The notes beneath the pieces were generated by a model. The model ran no database searches and was not told where the DNA came from. It was given only the letters and a program-made list of their open reading frames with translations. Below, piece after piece: positions 1 to 8,955 of a stretch of 55,350 nt of DNA. Source of the DNA: Nanobdellota archaeon. Lineage in GTDB: Archaea > Nanobdellota > Nanobdellia > SCGC-AAA011-G17 > JACPNG01. Made by a program: the position numbers and the translations under genes. Within the stretch, counting starts at the first letter, position 1. The number at the start of each line of letters is the position of its first letter. Location of the stretch: NCBI GenBank assembly GCA_038046345.1, contig JBBSWJ010000029.1, forward strand, positions 1 to 55,350. Reading direction: 5' to 3'.

Positions 1-42
1 ATGGATGTTTTAAGATAGTATAAACTGTATAGATCAAGAAAG

Positions 43-131
43 AAAATGGGAATGGTCTAGTGTGGGTAATTACAATAATTATTGTGTTATTAATTGTTGT
101 AGGATATTTGTTTGTTAAAAGAAGAAAGTAA
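43..131 (+). pseudogene. Orphan 3' fragment (TM tail plus stop) of a surface-protein gene, matching 3076..3164 with one mismatch (g50 vs a3083)
   Basis: Encodes ...NGNGLVWVITIIIVLLIVVGYLFVKRRK* in the frame ending with TAA at 129..131. The same frame has stops at 21..23 and 30..32 and no homology to the 781-aa gene upstream of about position 43. Confidence 0.5.
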
Positions 132-278
132 CCTTTTGTGTTAATGTCATAATAGCTGAGATAAAGAAAGTACTAACGGAATGACTGTTTTAGGTTATAC
201 AGTAATTTTATTAAGAAGCATACTACTTTAATAATCAAACCAAAATAGGCGGTTAAGTTTATTAAAACCTGGTGGAAA

Positions 279-680
279 ATGACTAAACAAGGACAAGAAG
301 ATCAAACAACCATGAATCATGTATACGAAAATGGTTTGGAAAATACAGTAAGGCTAGAGCTATTGCAAAGTAGATTAGGAAATGCTAGAAAAAGGCAATT
401 AGCAGTTTATATCAGAGCAGCAGCAAGAACAATTTTACCAGTTGTAGGTTTTGTTGCTGTTAGTGGTGGTATAGCTAAGTGTAATGATTATTTATTTGAT
501 AACAGTGGTTTAGCTGAATTGATTACAATTGTGACTGTTGGTACTGCTGGTTGGATATTAAGCACTAGTGGTGCAGTAAAAGACTACTGCTGGTTGGTTA
601 GTGATGCAATAGATTCTATAAGAGATGCAAATATGATGATTAGACATTACAGAAAACAACTCACTGAATTAGAGCAATAA
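279..680 (+). CDS. Hypothetical small membrane protein (two predicted TM helices flanked by charged/coiled segments), cassette copy A
   Basis: 133-aa ORF with GGTGG 4 nt upstream of the ATG. Hydrophobic stretches ILPVVGFVAVSGGIA and LITIVTVGTAGWILSTSGAV. Exact duplicate at 3312..3713. Confidence 0.7.
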   Translation: MTKQGQEDQTTMNHVYENGLENTVRLELLQSRLGNARKRQLAVYIRAAARTILPVVGFVAVSGGIAKCNDYLFDNSGLAELITIVTVGTAGWILSTSGAVKDYCWLVSDAIDSIRDANMMIRHYRKQLTELEQ

Positions 681-818
681 ACATTTCTTTTATTTTTTTA
701 TATCACCTAATTTTTTACACAAATGATTTTTTTTAGAAACATTTAAATATAAGTTACTCTTTTAATTTCCTAAGGTGATAGTTATTACAAAAAAAATTGG
801 TGTAAGGGGGGATTTTCT

Positions 819-3164
819 GTGAATACCAAATTATTATTACTTTTAGTTATAACAATCTCAATTTTTTCTTTTAACTCTAATCTTATTGTTGCAGATATAA
901 ATACGCAATTAAATTCTGAGCTGATTAATGTGACATTATCTCCAGCGGTGGGTGTTGGAGCAACAGTATTCGGAGATCAAATACAGCAAAATAATACAAA
1001 TGTAAGATTTAACTTTACTATTGCTGTTAATGGTACAATTAATTTTACTATAATTAACATAACAGTTCCTCATAATATTACATTTACTGGAGATTTTACA
1101 GTAAATGATACTGATGATGTGCTTGCTGTGGATGAGGATTTTGCAGGTCTAGCTAATGCAACAAATGATACGGGCGAAGGTGGTAATCCATGGGTATTTT
1201 CGAACTCAACAGATGCAGGTGATGATATAAAGTATATACACTGGAATAGTACTGATCCTAATGGAACCGGCGGTGCAGTGATATTTAGCATTAATTTTAC
1301 TGCTAATAATCTAACCGGAAATGTAGATGATGCAAGAATTGATTGGAATATAAGTATCACCTTTGCAGATGGTGGGCATGAAGACCCGAACTCAGCTGCA
1401 AGTGAGAACTCAACAGTAGTATACACATGGGTAGATATGCTTGTACCAAGATTATCTGAAGTTAATGTAACTGATGGGAATGCAACATTAGTTAATGGTA
1501 CTGCATATGGGTTTGAGGCAGATTTTGATGATGATAATGTACAAGTAATGGACCACTTTTCAAATAAAAGTGCTACAGTATATACTACCTTAACAGAAAT
1601 AAATGTTGATCAATTAAATATGTACTACTTATGTAATAGTAGTGTTGGTGAAGCAAATGTAACATTTGCTGCATTCTACAGCAATGTAAGTATGAGTACT
1701 AGTGATTCTGTATCACCATACTTATTTACAGGCACAATTGATCATGCTAACTGTGTAAACACAGAGAATAACGCAACAACATTCTTATTTTCAATAACAG
1801 ATGATGCAAATAGGCATACTTCTGTTAATGATAGCGTAGGTGCAGCAGATGTTAGTGTACCATTTGGATTTGGGGTAATAGGAAATAGCAGTCTCCCAGT
1901 AATAATTGAGGTAAATATAACAGATCAAAGCAGGACACTTAAACTAAACGATAAGGGGTTACGCGGAGGAAATGATTATTTATCATCTAACTCTAGAATG
2001 GACATAAATGTAGATATGAGTGGAAGAGGATTTGCATCAGATTCTGATGGATCAAACCAGTCATTCTTTTACATAACAAACACAACCACCGAATCAAATA
2101 CTCGCTTTGAAGATTGGTTTTCAGAAGGACAACAAATAGGATTGTTAAACATATCTAGGGATATAGACGGCAGTGGTAGTTTAACATCACAATTTAATGG
2201 AACAATACCTAAAGGACTTATAAACGATACTGATGGAACATCTGGAACATCAACAGGTAATTTTACAAATTTCCTGCTATTAATAAATGACTCGCGTGAC
2301 TACACACAACACTTCTTTGGAGTATTTGTTGTGGACGGAGGAGATCCAACAGCTAAAATAACAAGCCCTGCTGATACGAATATTAATGTGTTGAACAGCA
2401 TAAAGTATGGTTGTTCAGGAACTGATAGTGTTAGCGGTATAGCAGAATGTAAGGTGAGTGTATCAAAACCTGATGGAACTGTTATTAGTAAGACTAGCAG
2501 TAATTGTGTTGATCAGACATTCACTAATACTGATACAAATCTACCAGGAGCATACACTGTTGAATGTACAGTTACGGATAGTGTTGGATACACATCTGCT
2601 AAAACAACTGGTGCATTTGATGCTAGTACCTCAGCTGGAACTAGCGGTGACAGTGGCGGTGGCAGTAGTGGTGGAACTGGTACTAGCAGATCTGGAGAGG
2701 AACTAACTTTAGATGCTGATTTGAGTACCTCTGATGCAAGCTTTACTGGTAAAGCTGGTGAAACAAAAGTCTTTAGTTTGAGTGGCGGTGATGCTCATAC
2801 CGTGACATTTGTTGAAGTTACTGAAGATTCTGTAACTATAACAATTGAGAGTTATAAAGCTGAAGTAACATTGAATGTTGGTGAGACTAAAGATGTAGAT
2901 ATGGACGGTGATGGAACACCTAATATTCAAGTAACATTAGAAAGTATTACTAATGGTGTTGCAAAGATCAGCTTTGTAAAACTGTCAGATGTAGTCCCTG
3001 AAGAAGAAACAGAACAAGAACCAAGCACTGAAGAAAAAGAAGAAGGAAAAATAGAAGAAGAGGTTAATAATAACCAAAATGGAAATGGTCTAGTGTGGGT
3101 AATTACAATAATTATTGTGTTATTAATTGTTGTAGGATATTTGTTTGTTAAAAGAAGAAAGTAA
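819..3164 (+). CDS. Large surface (S-layer-like) glycoprotein, copy A: signal peptide, sequon-rich N-terminal region, PKD/Ig-like domain, G/S linker, C-terminal TM plus KRRK tail
   Basis: GTG start preceded by AAGGGGGG. N-terminal hydrophobic signal. 35 N-X-S/T sequons by my count in the first ~520 aa. AYTVECTVTDSVGYT resembles a PKD motif. Tail is LVWVITIIIVLLIVVGYLFVKRRK. Confidence 0.9.
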   Translation: MNTKLLLLLVITISIFSFNSNLIVADINTQLNSELINVTLSPAVGVGATVFGDQIQQNNTNVRFNFTIAVNGTINFTIINITVPHNITFTGDFTVNDTDDVLAVDEDFAGLANATNDTGEGGNPWVFSNSTDAGDDIKYIHWNSTDPNGTGGAVIFSINFTANNLTGNVDDARIDWNISITFADGGHEDPNSAASENSTVVYTWVDMLVPRLSEVNVTDGNATLVNGTAYGFEADFDDDNVQVMDHFSNKSATVYTTLTEINVDQLNMYYLCNSSVGEANVTFAAFYSNVSMSTSDSVSPYLFTGTIDHANCVNTENNATTFLFSITDDANRHTSVNDSVGAADVSVPFGFGVIGNSSLPVIIEVNITDQSRTLKLNDKGLRGGNDYLSSNSRMDINVDMSGRGFASDSDGSNQSFFYITNTTTESNTRFEDWFSEGQQIGLLNISRDIDGSGSLTSQFNGTIPKGLINDTDGTSGTSTGNFTNFLLLINDSRDYTQHFFGVFVVDGGDPTAKITSPADTNINVLNSIKYGCSGTDSVSGIAECKVSVSKPDGTVISKTSSNCVDQTFTNTDTNLPGAYTVECTVTDSVGYTSAKTTGAFDASTSAGTSGDSGGGSSGGTGTSRSGEELTLDADLSTSDASFTGKAGETKVFSLSGGDAHTVTFVEVTEDSVTITIESYKAEVTLNVGETKDVDMDGDGTPNIQVTLESITNGVAKISFVKLSDVVPEEETEQEPSTEEKEEGKIEEEVNNNQNGNGLVWVITIIIVLLIVVGYLFVKRRK

Positions 3165-3311
3165 CCTTTTGTGTTAATGTCATAATAGCTGAGATAAAGA
3201 AAGTACTAACGGAATGACTGTTTTAGGTTATACAGTAATTTTATTAAGAAGCATACTACTTTAATAATCAAACCAAAATAGGCGGTTAAGTTTATTAAAA
3301 CCTGGTGGAAA

Positions 3312-3713
3312 ATGACTAAACAAGGACAAGAAGATCAAACAACCATGAATCATGTATACGAAAATGGTTTGGAAAATACAGTAAGGCTAGAGCTATTGCA
3401 AAGTAGATTAGGAAATGCTAGAAAAAGGCAATTAGCAGTTTATATCAGAGCAGCAGCAAGAACAATTTTACCAGTTGTAGGTTTTGTTGCTGTTAGTGGT
3501 GGTATAGCTAAGTGTAATGATTATTTATTTGATAACAGTGGTTTAGCTGAATTGATTACAATTGTGACTGTTGGTACTGCTGGTTGGATATTAAGCACTA
3601 GTGGTGCAGTAAAAGACTACTGCTGGTTGGTTAGTGATGCAATAGATTCTATAAGAGATGCAAATATGATGATTAGACATTACAGAAAACAACTCACTGA
3701 ATTAGAGCAATAA
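3312..3713 (+). CDS. Hypothetical small two-TM membrane protein, cassette copy B (identical to 279..680)
   Basis: Protein identical to copy A, with the same upstream sequence. Confidence 0.7.
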   Translation: MTKQGQEDQTTMNHVYENGLENTVRLELLQSRLGNARKRQLAVYIRAAARTILPVVGFVAVSGGIAKCNDYLFDNSGLAELITIVTVGTAGWILSTSGAVKDYCWLVSDAIDSIRDANMMIRHYRKQLTELEQ

Positions 3714-3851
3714 ACATTTCTTTTATTTTTTTATATCACCTAATTTTTTACACAAATGATTTTTTTTAGAAACATTTAAATATAAGTTACTCTTTTAATT
3801 TCCTAAGGTGATAGTTATTACAAAAAAAATTGGTGTAAGGGGGGATTTTCT

Positions 3852-6194
3852 GTGAATACCAAATTATTATTACTTTTAGTTATAACAATCTCAATTTTTT
3901 CTTTTAACTCTAATCTTATTGTTGCAGATATAAATACGCAATTAAATTCTGAGCTGATTAATGTGACATTATCTCCAGCGGTGGGTGTTGGAGCAACAGT
4001 ATTCGGAGATCAAATACAGCAAAATAATACAAATGTAAGATTTAACTTTACTATTGCTGTTAATGGTACAATTAATTTTACTATAATTAACATAACAGTT
4101 CCTCATAATATTACATTTACTGGAGATTTTACAGTAAATGATACTGATGATGTGCTTGCTGTGGATGAGGATTTTGCAGGTCTAGCTAATGCAACAAATG
4201 ATACGGGCGAAGGTGGTAATCCATGGGTATTTTCGAACTCAACAGATGCAGGTGATGATATAAAGTATATACACTGGAATAGTACTGATCCTAATGGAAC
4301 CGGCGGTGCAGTGATATTTAGCATTAATTTTACTGCTAATAATCTAACCGGAAATGTAGATGATGCAAGAATTGATTGGAATATAAGTATCACCTTTGCA
4401 GATGGTGGGCATGAAGACCCGAACTCAGCTGCAAGTGAGAACTCAACAGTAGTATACACATGGGTAGATATGCTTGTACCAAGATTATCTGAAGTTAATG
4501 TAACTGATGGGAATGCAACATTAGTTAATGGTACTGCATATGGGTTTGAGGCAGATTTTGATGATGATAATGTACAAGTAATGGACCACTTTTCAAATAA
4601 AAGTGCTACAGTATATACTACCTTAACAGAAATAAATGTTGATCAATTAAATATGTACTACTTATGTAATAGTAGTGTTGGTGAAGCAAATGTAACATTT
4701 GCTGCATTCTACAGCAATGTAAGTATGAGTACTAGTGATTCTGTATCACCATACTTATTTACAGGCACAATTGATCATGCTAACTGTGTAAACACAGAGA
4801 ATAACGCAACAACATTCTTATTTTCAATAACAGATGATGCAAATAGGCATACTTCTGTTAATGATAGCGTAGGTGCAGCAGATGTTAGTGTACCATTTGG
4901 ATTTGGGGTAATAGGAAATAGCAGTCTCCCAGTAATAATTGAGGTAAATATAACAGATCAAAGCAGGACACTTAAACTAAACGATAAGGGGTTACGCGGA
5001 GGAAATGATTATTTATCATCTAACTCTAGAATGGACATAAATGTAGATATGAGTGGAAGAGGATTTGCATCAGATTCTGATGGATCAAACCAGTCATTCT
5101 TTTACATAACAAACACAACCACCGAATCAAATACTCGCTTTGAAGATTGGTTTTCAGAAGGACAACAAATAGGATTGTTAAACATATCTAGGGATATAGA
5201 CGGCAGTGGTAGTTTAACATCACAATTTAATGGAACAATACCTAAAGGACTTATAAACGATACTGATGGAACATCTGGAACATCAACAGGTAATTTTACA
5301 AATTTCCTGCTATTAATAAATGACTCGCGTGACTACACACAACACTTCTTTGGAGTATTTGTTGTGGACGGAGGAGATCCAACAGCTAAAATAACAAGCC
5401 CTGCTGATACGAATATTAATGTGTTGAACAGCATAAAGTATGGTTGTTCAGGAACTGATAGTGTTAGCGGTATAGCAGAATGTAAGGTGAGTGTATCAAA
5501 ACCTGATGGAACTGTTATTAGTAAGACTAGCAGTAATTGTGTTGATCAGACATTCACTAATACTGATACAAATCTACCAGGAGCATACACTGTTGAATGT
5601 ACAGTTACGGATAGTGTTGGATACACATCTGCTAAAACAACTGGTGCATTTGATGCTAGTACCTCAGCTGGAACTAGCGGTGACAGTGGCGGTGGCAGTA
5701 GTGGTGGAACTGGTACTAGCAGATCTGGAGAGGAACTAACTTTAGATGCTGATTTGAGTACCTCTGATGCAAGCTTTACTGGTAAAGCTGGTGAAACAAA
5801 AGTCTTTAGTTTGAGTGGCGGTGATGCTCATACTGTAACATTTGTTGAAGTTACTGAAGATTCTGTAACTATAACAATCGAGAGCTATAAAGCTGAAGTA
5901 ACATTAAATGTTGGTGAGACTAAAGAAGTTGACATGGACGGGGATGGAACACCTAATGTCCAAGTAACATTAGAAAGTATTACTAATGGTGTTGCAAAGC
6001 TCAGCTTTGTAAAACTATCAAATGTAGTACCTGAAGAAGAAACAGAACAAGAACCAAGCATGGAAGAAAAAGAAGAAATACCTGTAGGATCAGGCGTAAC
6101 AGAAACAGGTATAAGCTTATGGACATGGGTAGTATTATTAGCTGTGCTGGTACTAGTTGGCTTTGTAGTATTCAGAGTCATGAAAAGGAAGTAA
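3852..6194 (+). CDS. Large surface glycoprotein, copy B, with a divergent C-terminal anchor
   Basis: Identical to copy A until about aa 660. A few substitutions follow, then a different tail: PVGSGVTETGISLWTWVVLLAVLVLVGFVVFRVMKRK. Confidence 0.9.
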   Translation: MNTKLLLLLVITISIFSFNSNLIVADINTQLNSELINVTLSPAVGVGATVFGDQIQQNNTNVRFNFTIAVNGTINFTIINITVPHNITFTGDFTVNDTDDVLAVDEDFAGLANATNDTGEGGNPWVFSNSTDAGDDIKYIHWNSTDPNGTGGAVIFSINFTANNLTGNVDDARIDWNISITFADGGHEDPNSAASENSTVVYTWVDMLVPRLSEVNVTDGNATLVNGTAYGFEADFDDDNVQVMDHFSNKSATVYTTLTEINVDQLNMYYLCNSSVGEANVTFAAFYSNVSMSTSDSVSPYLFTGTIDHANCVNTENNATTFLFSITDDANRHTSVNDSVGAADVSVPFGFGVIGNSSLPVIIEVNITDQSRTLKLNDKGLRGGNDYLSSNSRMDINVDMSGRGFASDSDGSNQSFFYITNTTTESNTRFEDWFSEGQQIGLLNISRDIDGSGSLTSQFNGTIPKGLINDTDGTSGTSTGNFTNFLLLINDSRDYTQHFFGVFVVDGGDPTAKITSPADTNINVLNSIKYGCSGTDSVSGIAECKVSVSKPDGTVISKTSSNCVDQTFTNTDTNLPGAYTVECTVTDSVGYTSAKTTGAFDASTSAGTSGDSGGGSSGGTGTSRSGEELTLDADLSTSDASFTGKAGETKVFSLSGGDAHTVTFVEVTEDSVTITIESYKAEVTLNVGETKEVDMDGDGTPNVQVTLESITNGVAKLSFVKLSNVVPEEETEQEPSMEEKEEIPVGSGVTETGISLWTWVVLLAVLVLVGFVVFRVMKRK

Positions 6195-6263
6195 TTAACC
6201 TTTTCTTTTTCTATTTTTTAATTGCATAATCATTATAAAGCTAAATATGAAGACATAGTTCTT

Positions 6264-7007
6264 ATGAATATTTTAAAATTATTGATCATCTTGCTTTTTT
6301 TAATACCATTAGCAAGCGCTGGAGAAAGATACGAACTAGATTTTGAAGATATACCAACAAAAACAATAGAATACACTCTTCTAAAAAGAGACATAGCAGT
6401 GTTTAATTATCCTGTGAGAGTGTATAAAGAACCACAAATAGTCGATGGAAAAGAACAGATAGAATATGAAATAGAAGAACAACAAGAAGCAATAATGGTA
6501 AGGGATATAAGAATTACGAAAAAAGAGATAAAAGTTACTGATCTAACACTATTTATTGAAGGGGCACCAACCCCACAATATGTTGCAGCAGCAGCTGACG
6601 ATGTAATTAATGTTGATTTTGAAAAGGATTTAGTGGATGATCTTAGAATAGAAATTATTAAAGTTGATCCAGAACAAGGAGTGTTCTTTAGATTTGTACC
6701 AATCGATACAAGCAATGCCACTCCAAACCCCCAGGAGTTTAAGGGTGGAAAATCAGTACCTAAGATAACTGGTGGTGGTGAATCATCGTTATCGTTCTGG
6801 GATAAAACAAAATTGAGCATATCCAATATTCCGGATAAAACAAGTGAAATTATTGGTCTTTTGATATTGGACACATCACCGGAAAGCCCATGGCAGGTGA
6901 GAGTATTAGCAGGCCATTGGAAGATTACTATTATAGCAGTTTTAGTTCTGATAATCCTTGCATGGAATCAAAGAAGGATAAGAAGATTACTTAGAAGACG
7001 ATTATAG
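6264..7007 (+). CDS. Hypothetical exported protein with a signal peptide and a C-terminal TM plus Arg-rich tail
   Basis: ORF 6222..7007. The internal ATG at 6264 gives MNILKLLIILLFLIPLASAGE (a signal peptide). C-terminus is ITIIAVLVLIILAWNQRRIRRLLRRRL. Confidence 0.7.
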   Translation: MNILKLLIILLFLIPLASAGERYELDFEDIPTKTIEYTLLKRDIAVFNYPVRVYKEPQIVDGKEQIEYEIEEQQEAIMVRDIRITKKEIKVTDLTLFIEGAPTPQYVAAAADDVINVDFEKDLVDDLRIEIIKVDPEQGVFFRFVPIDTSNATPNPQEFKGGKSVPKITGGGESSLSFWDKTKLSISNIPDKTSEIIGLLILDTSPESPWQVRVLAGHWKITIIAVLVLIILAWNQRRIRRLLRRRL

Positions 7008-7015
7008 CTTATTAT

Positions 7016-7099
7016 CGCAGAGAGAGGGATTTGAACCCCCAAATCCTTTCGGAAGCTAGTTTTCGAGACTAGTGCACTACCGGATTATGCGATCTCTGC
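7016..7099 (-). tRNA. tRNA-Ser (anticodon CGA), 84 nt, long variable arm
   Basis: Folded by hand on the reverse complement. Acceptor GCAGAGA/TCTCTGC, D stem GCAT/GTGC, anticodon stem CTAGT/ACTAG with loop CTCGAAA. 15-nt variable arm, T arm GGGGG-TTCAAAT-CCCTC, discriminator G. Confidence 0.9.
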
Positions 7100-7106
7100 A
7101 AGAATT

Positions 7107-7481
7107 TTACTCAAGCCCAAGCATCTTTTTTTCTTTAGAAGTCAGCCTTAAAGATTCTTTCTTTTTCTTTTTTATTCTTTTTTTGTGTTCATATTCCTCA
7201 CGTTTTTTAGGATCTTTTAAGTCATTAACAGTCTTTTTGAAGGCATTTATTTGGTTAACTGACAGAAATCCAAGTTTATTATAACGATACCTGATATCTC
7301 TTAGAAATCTTGATTCTTGGTATAATGATTTATCAATATCAAATAGCTTTTGAAATTTTAGGTCTTCAATTGGTTCAAATAAATCATTCATCTCGCAATT
7401 GATACATAATGGTCTCTGCCGGCGATTGTTAATAAGAACATAATTCTTTTTGCATAATACACATCTTTGCTTGTAAGCCAT
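7107..7481 (-). CDS. Hypothetical zinc-ribbon protein with a Lys-rich C-terminus
   Basis: 124-aa ORF with CVLCKK...CINCE (CxxC-x15-CxxC) at the N-terminus and KKRIKKKKKE near the C-terminus. Confidence 0.65.
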   Translation of the reverse strand: MAYKQRCVLCKKNYVLINNRRQRPLCINCEMNDLFEPIEDLKFQKLFDIDKSLYQESRFLRDIRYRYNKLGFLSVNQINAFKKTVNDLKDPKKREEYEHKKRIKKKKKESLRLTSKEKKMLGLE

Positions 7482-7607
7482 ATGATCATGAAGATTGATA
7501 GTTCATAAAGTTTTTGGGGGCGATTTTTAAAGGAATTGTTGCTTTGTCTTAGTATTATAAGGCAAATTTGTATGGACAAAAAGGTATGTTGTTATTTTTG
7601 GGTTACA

Positions 7608-7619
7608 CTATATATATAT
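7608..7619 (+). promoter_or_regulatory. TATA box about 27 nt upstream of ATG 7640 (leaderless-type promoter)
   Basis: CTATATATATAT. The same spacing recurs at 8925, 15123, 26445, 27714, 43385 and 47123. Confidence 0.5.
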
Positions 7620-7639
7620 GTAATGTATACCTTTATCTT

Positions 7640-8176
7640 ATGCAAAAGAAATTTACTTATGTTATTTTTGTAGCAACATTATTGGTACTTCTTCTTACAG
7701 CTCAACAGTGTGATATTCCAGATACTCCAGTTACTGAAGCTATTGCACATCAAGATACTGAGTTTGTAAAAGATTTGTATGTTACTAATGTTGGTTTTGT
7801 ATATGCTGGTGATCCCAATGAAAACAGTTCTGCAACATTAAACAGTTCTGCAACATTAAACATAGGTAATGAATATAATCTGAAAGTAACAAAATATGTT
7901 ATCGTTAGAGGAAAAGAAGTTAAGCTTGATGATATCGGAAGTGACGGTGCAGTAGTTGTTATTGTTGATAGTGTAACAGAAGTAATCTCACCTAAAATTA
8001 CAGAGTTAGTTAATGGTCTTTTCATAACTTTAGTAGAATATACAGAACGTGATGCTACATTTAATATTGGAGATGAATATGTTCTTAATGTTGAAGAATC
8101 AGCTACTGTAAATGGAAAACAATTGACACTTGATGACGTTGGAAGTGACGGCGCAGTAATTGTTACTGTGTACTAA
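7640..8176 (+). CDS. Hypothetical exported (possibly lipid-anchored) protein with an internal two-domain repeat
   Basis: Start chosen at MQKKFTYVIFVATLLVLLLTAQQC. The motif ATLNIGNEYNLKV...VKLDDIGSDGAVVVIVD recurs as ATFNIGDEYVLNV...LTLDDVGSDGAVIVTV. Confidence 0.7.
   Translation: MQKKFTYVIFVATLLVLLLTAQQCDIPDTPVTEAIAHQDTEFVKDLYVTNVGFVYAGDPNENSSATLNSSATLNIGNEYNLKVTKYVIVRGKEVKLDDIGSDGAVVVIVDSVTEVISPKITELVNGLFITLVEYTERDATFNIGDEYVLNVEESATVNGKQLTLDDVGSDGAVIVTVY
7823..7858 (+). repeat. Perfect in-frame 18-bp tandem duplication (AACAGTTCTGCAACATTA x2, encoding NSSATL NSSATL)
   Basis: Read directly from the sequence, inside CDS 7640..8176. Confidence 0.9.
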
Positions 8177-8296
8177 AGTGTAATATTCTGAAATTTTTGA
8201 AGGAGAGTATGTGAGCGTTAATGCAAGATTTGGGATGGTTGCTGATGGTATGGATACATTTATTTAGTGTATAACTTATAGTAAAAGTTAATACAT

Positions 8297-8818
8297 ATGA
8301 GCTTAGAACGAAATTTACAAAATGCATCTGAAACAAATAATGTCCTTTTTACTAGTGTTGATTATATTTTAAATTGGGGGAGAAGTAATTCAGTGTGGTA
8401 CCTACTGTTCGGGCTTGCATGTTGTGCTATAGAGATGATGCAAACTGGAGGGCCAAGAGCAGATCTTGATAGGTTTGGTTCTGTATTCCGTGCAACACCA
8501 AGACAGTCAGATCTTTTAATTGTTTCAGGTACAATCACATTAAAAATGGCTGAGAGGGTTAAATTACTTTATAACCAAATGGCTGAACCAAAATATGTTA
8601 TTTCTATGGGCAGCTGCGCAAATTGTGGTGGTTTATTTGATTTAGGTTATTCATGCCTAAATGGAATTGATAAACTAATTCCAGTGGATGTGTATGTTCC
8701 TGGTTGTCCACCAAGACCTGAGGCTTTAATTGAGGGGCTATTAGTACTTCAAGAAAAAATAAGGAGAGAGAGGTATCTTGGTGATAGAAGACTTAAGGGG
8801 AGGCAATTATCTGCTTAA
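8297..8818 (+). CDS. nuoB: NuoB-like subunit (NADH:quinone oxidoreductase 20-kDa subunit / energy-converting hydrogenase small-subunit family), solitary
   Basis: [17 protein letters not shown] and [11 protein letters not shown] supply the four Cys of the N2-type 4Fe-4S site. The overall sequence is a typical NuoB core. Confidence 0.85.
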   Translation: MSLERNLQNASETNNVLFTSVDYILNWGRSNSVWYLLFGLACCAIEMMQTGGPRADLDRFGSVFRATPRQSDLLIVSGTITLKMAERVKLLYNQMAEPKYVISMGSCANCGGLFDLGYSCLNGIDKLIPVDVYVPGCPPRPEALIEGLLVLQEKIRRERYLGDRRLKGRQLSA

Positions 8819-8924
8819 AATTAATTGGGTTGGTGAGCTATAATATATTGTTTTTGTGATATCCTTAAGATTGTGGTTTCTGAGCTGCTGTCTTGAAAAA
8901 GTATTTTTCGTATAACAAACGAAA

Positions 8925-8936
8925 GATATATATATG
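8925..8936 (+). promoter_or_regulatory. TATA box about 26 nt upstream of ATG 8956
   Basis: GATATATATATG, preceded by the short inverted repeat TTTCGT-N7-ACGAAA (8907..8925). Confidence 0.45.
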
Positions 8937-8955
8937 TATAACCTATGTTTATCTC

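Larger units (their letters stand above)
43..6079 (+). repeat. Tandem direct duplication with a 3033-bp period (unit A about 43..3075, unit B about 3076..6079)
   Basis: Constant 3033-nt offset between ORF pairs (279->3312, 819->3852). Both 133-aa ORFs are identical and the large ORFs are identical for about 660 aa. Spot-checked DNA lines are identical up to 2800/5833. The next ~250 bp carry about 17 substitutions, after which the sequences are unrelated. Confidence 0.9.

Noticed and set aside
1070-1426. 118-aa antisense ORF inside the glycoprotein gene, with its twin at 4103..4459. The same applies to 2458..2706, 5491..5739, 2709..2930 and 5885..6181.
   Set aside because: These ORFs lie entirely within the strongly supported ~780-aa surface-protein ORFs, have low-complexity S/T/A-rich translations, and have no start context. 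They are frame shadows that are duplicated only because the DNA is duplicated.
6080-6194. PGF-CTERM (ArtA-type) signal on cassette copy B
   Set aside because: The tail has PVGSG...TM...KRK but no P-G-F tripeptide. It resembles the generic tripartite architecture only.
7072-7284. 70-aa plus-strand ORF
   Set aside because: It overlaps the tRNA-Ser 5' end and is antisense to the zinc-ribbon CDS. Its translation is a low-complexity F/S/L run.
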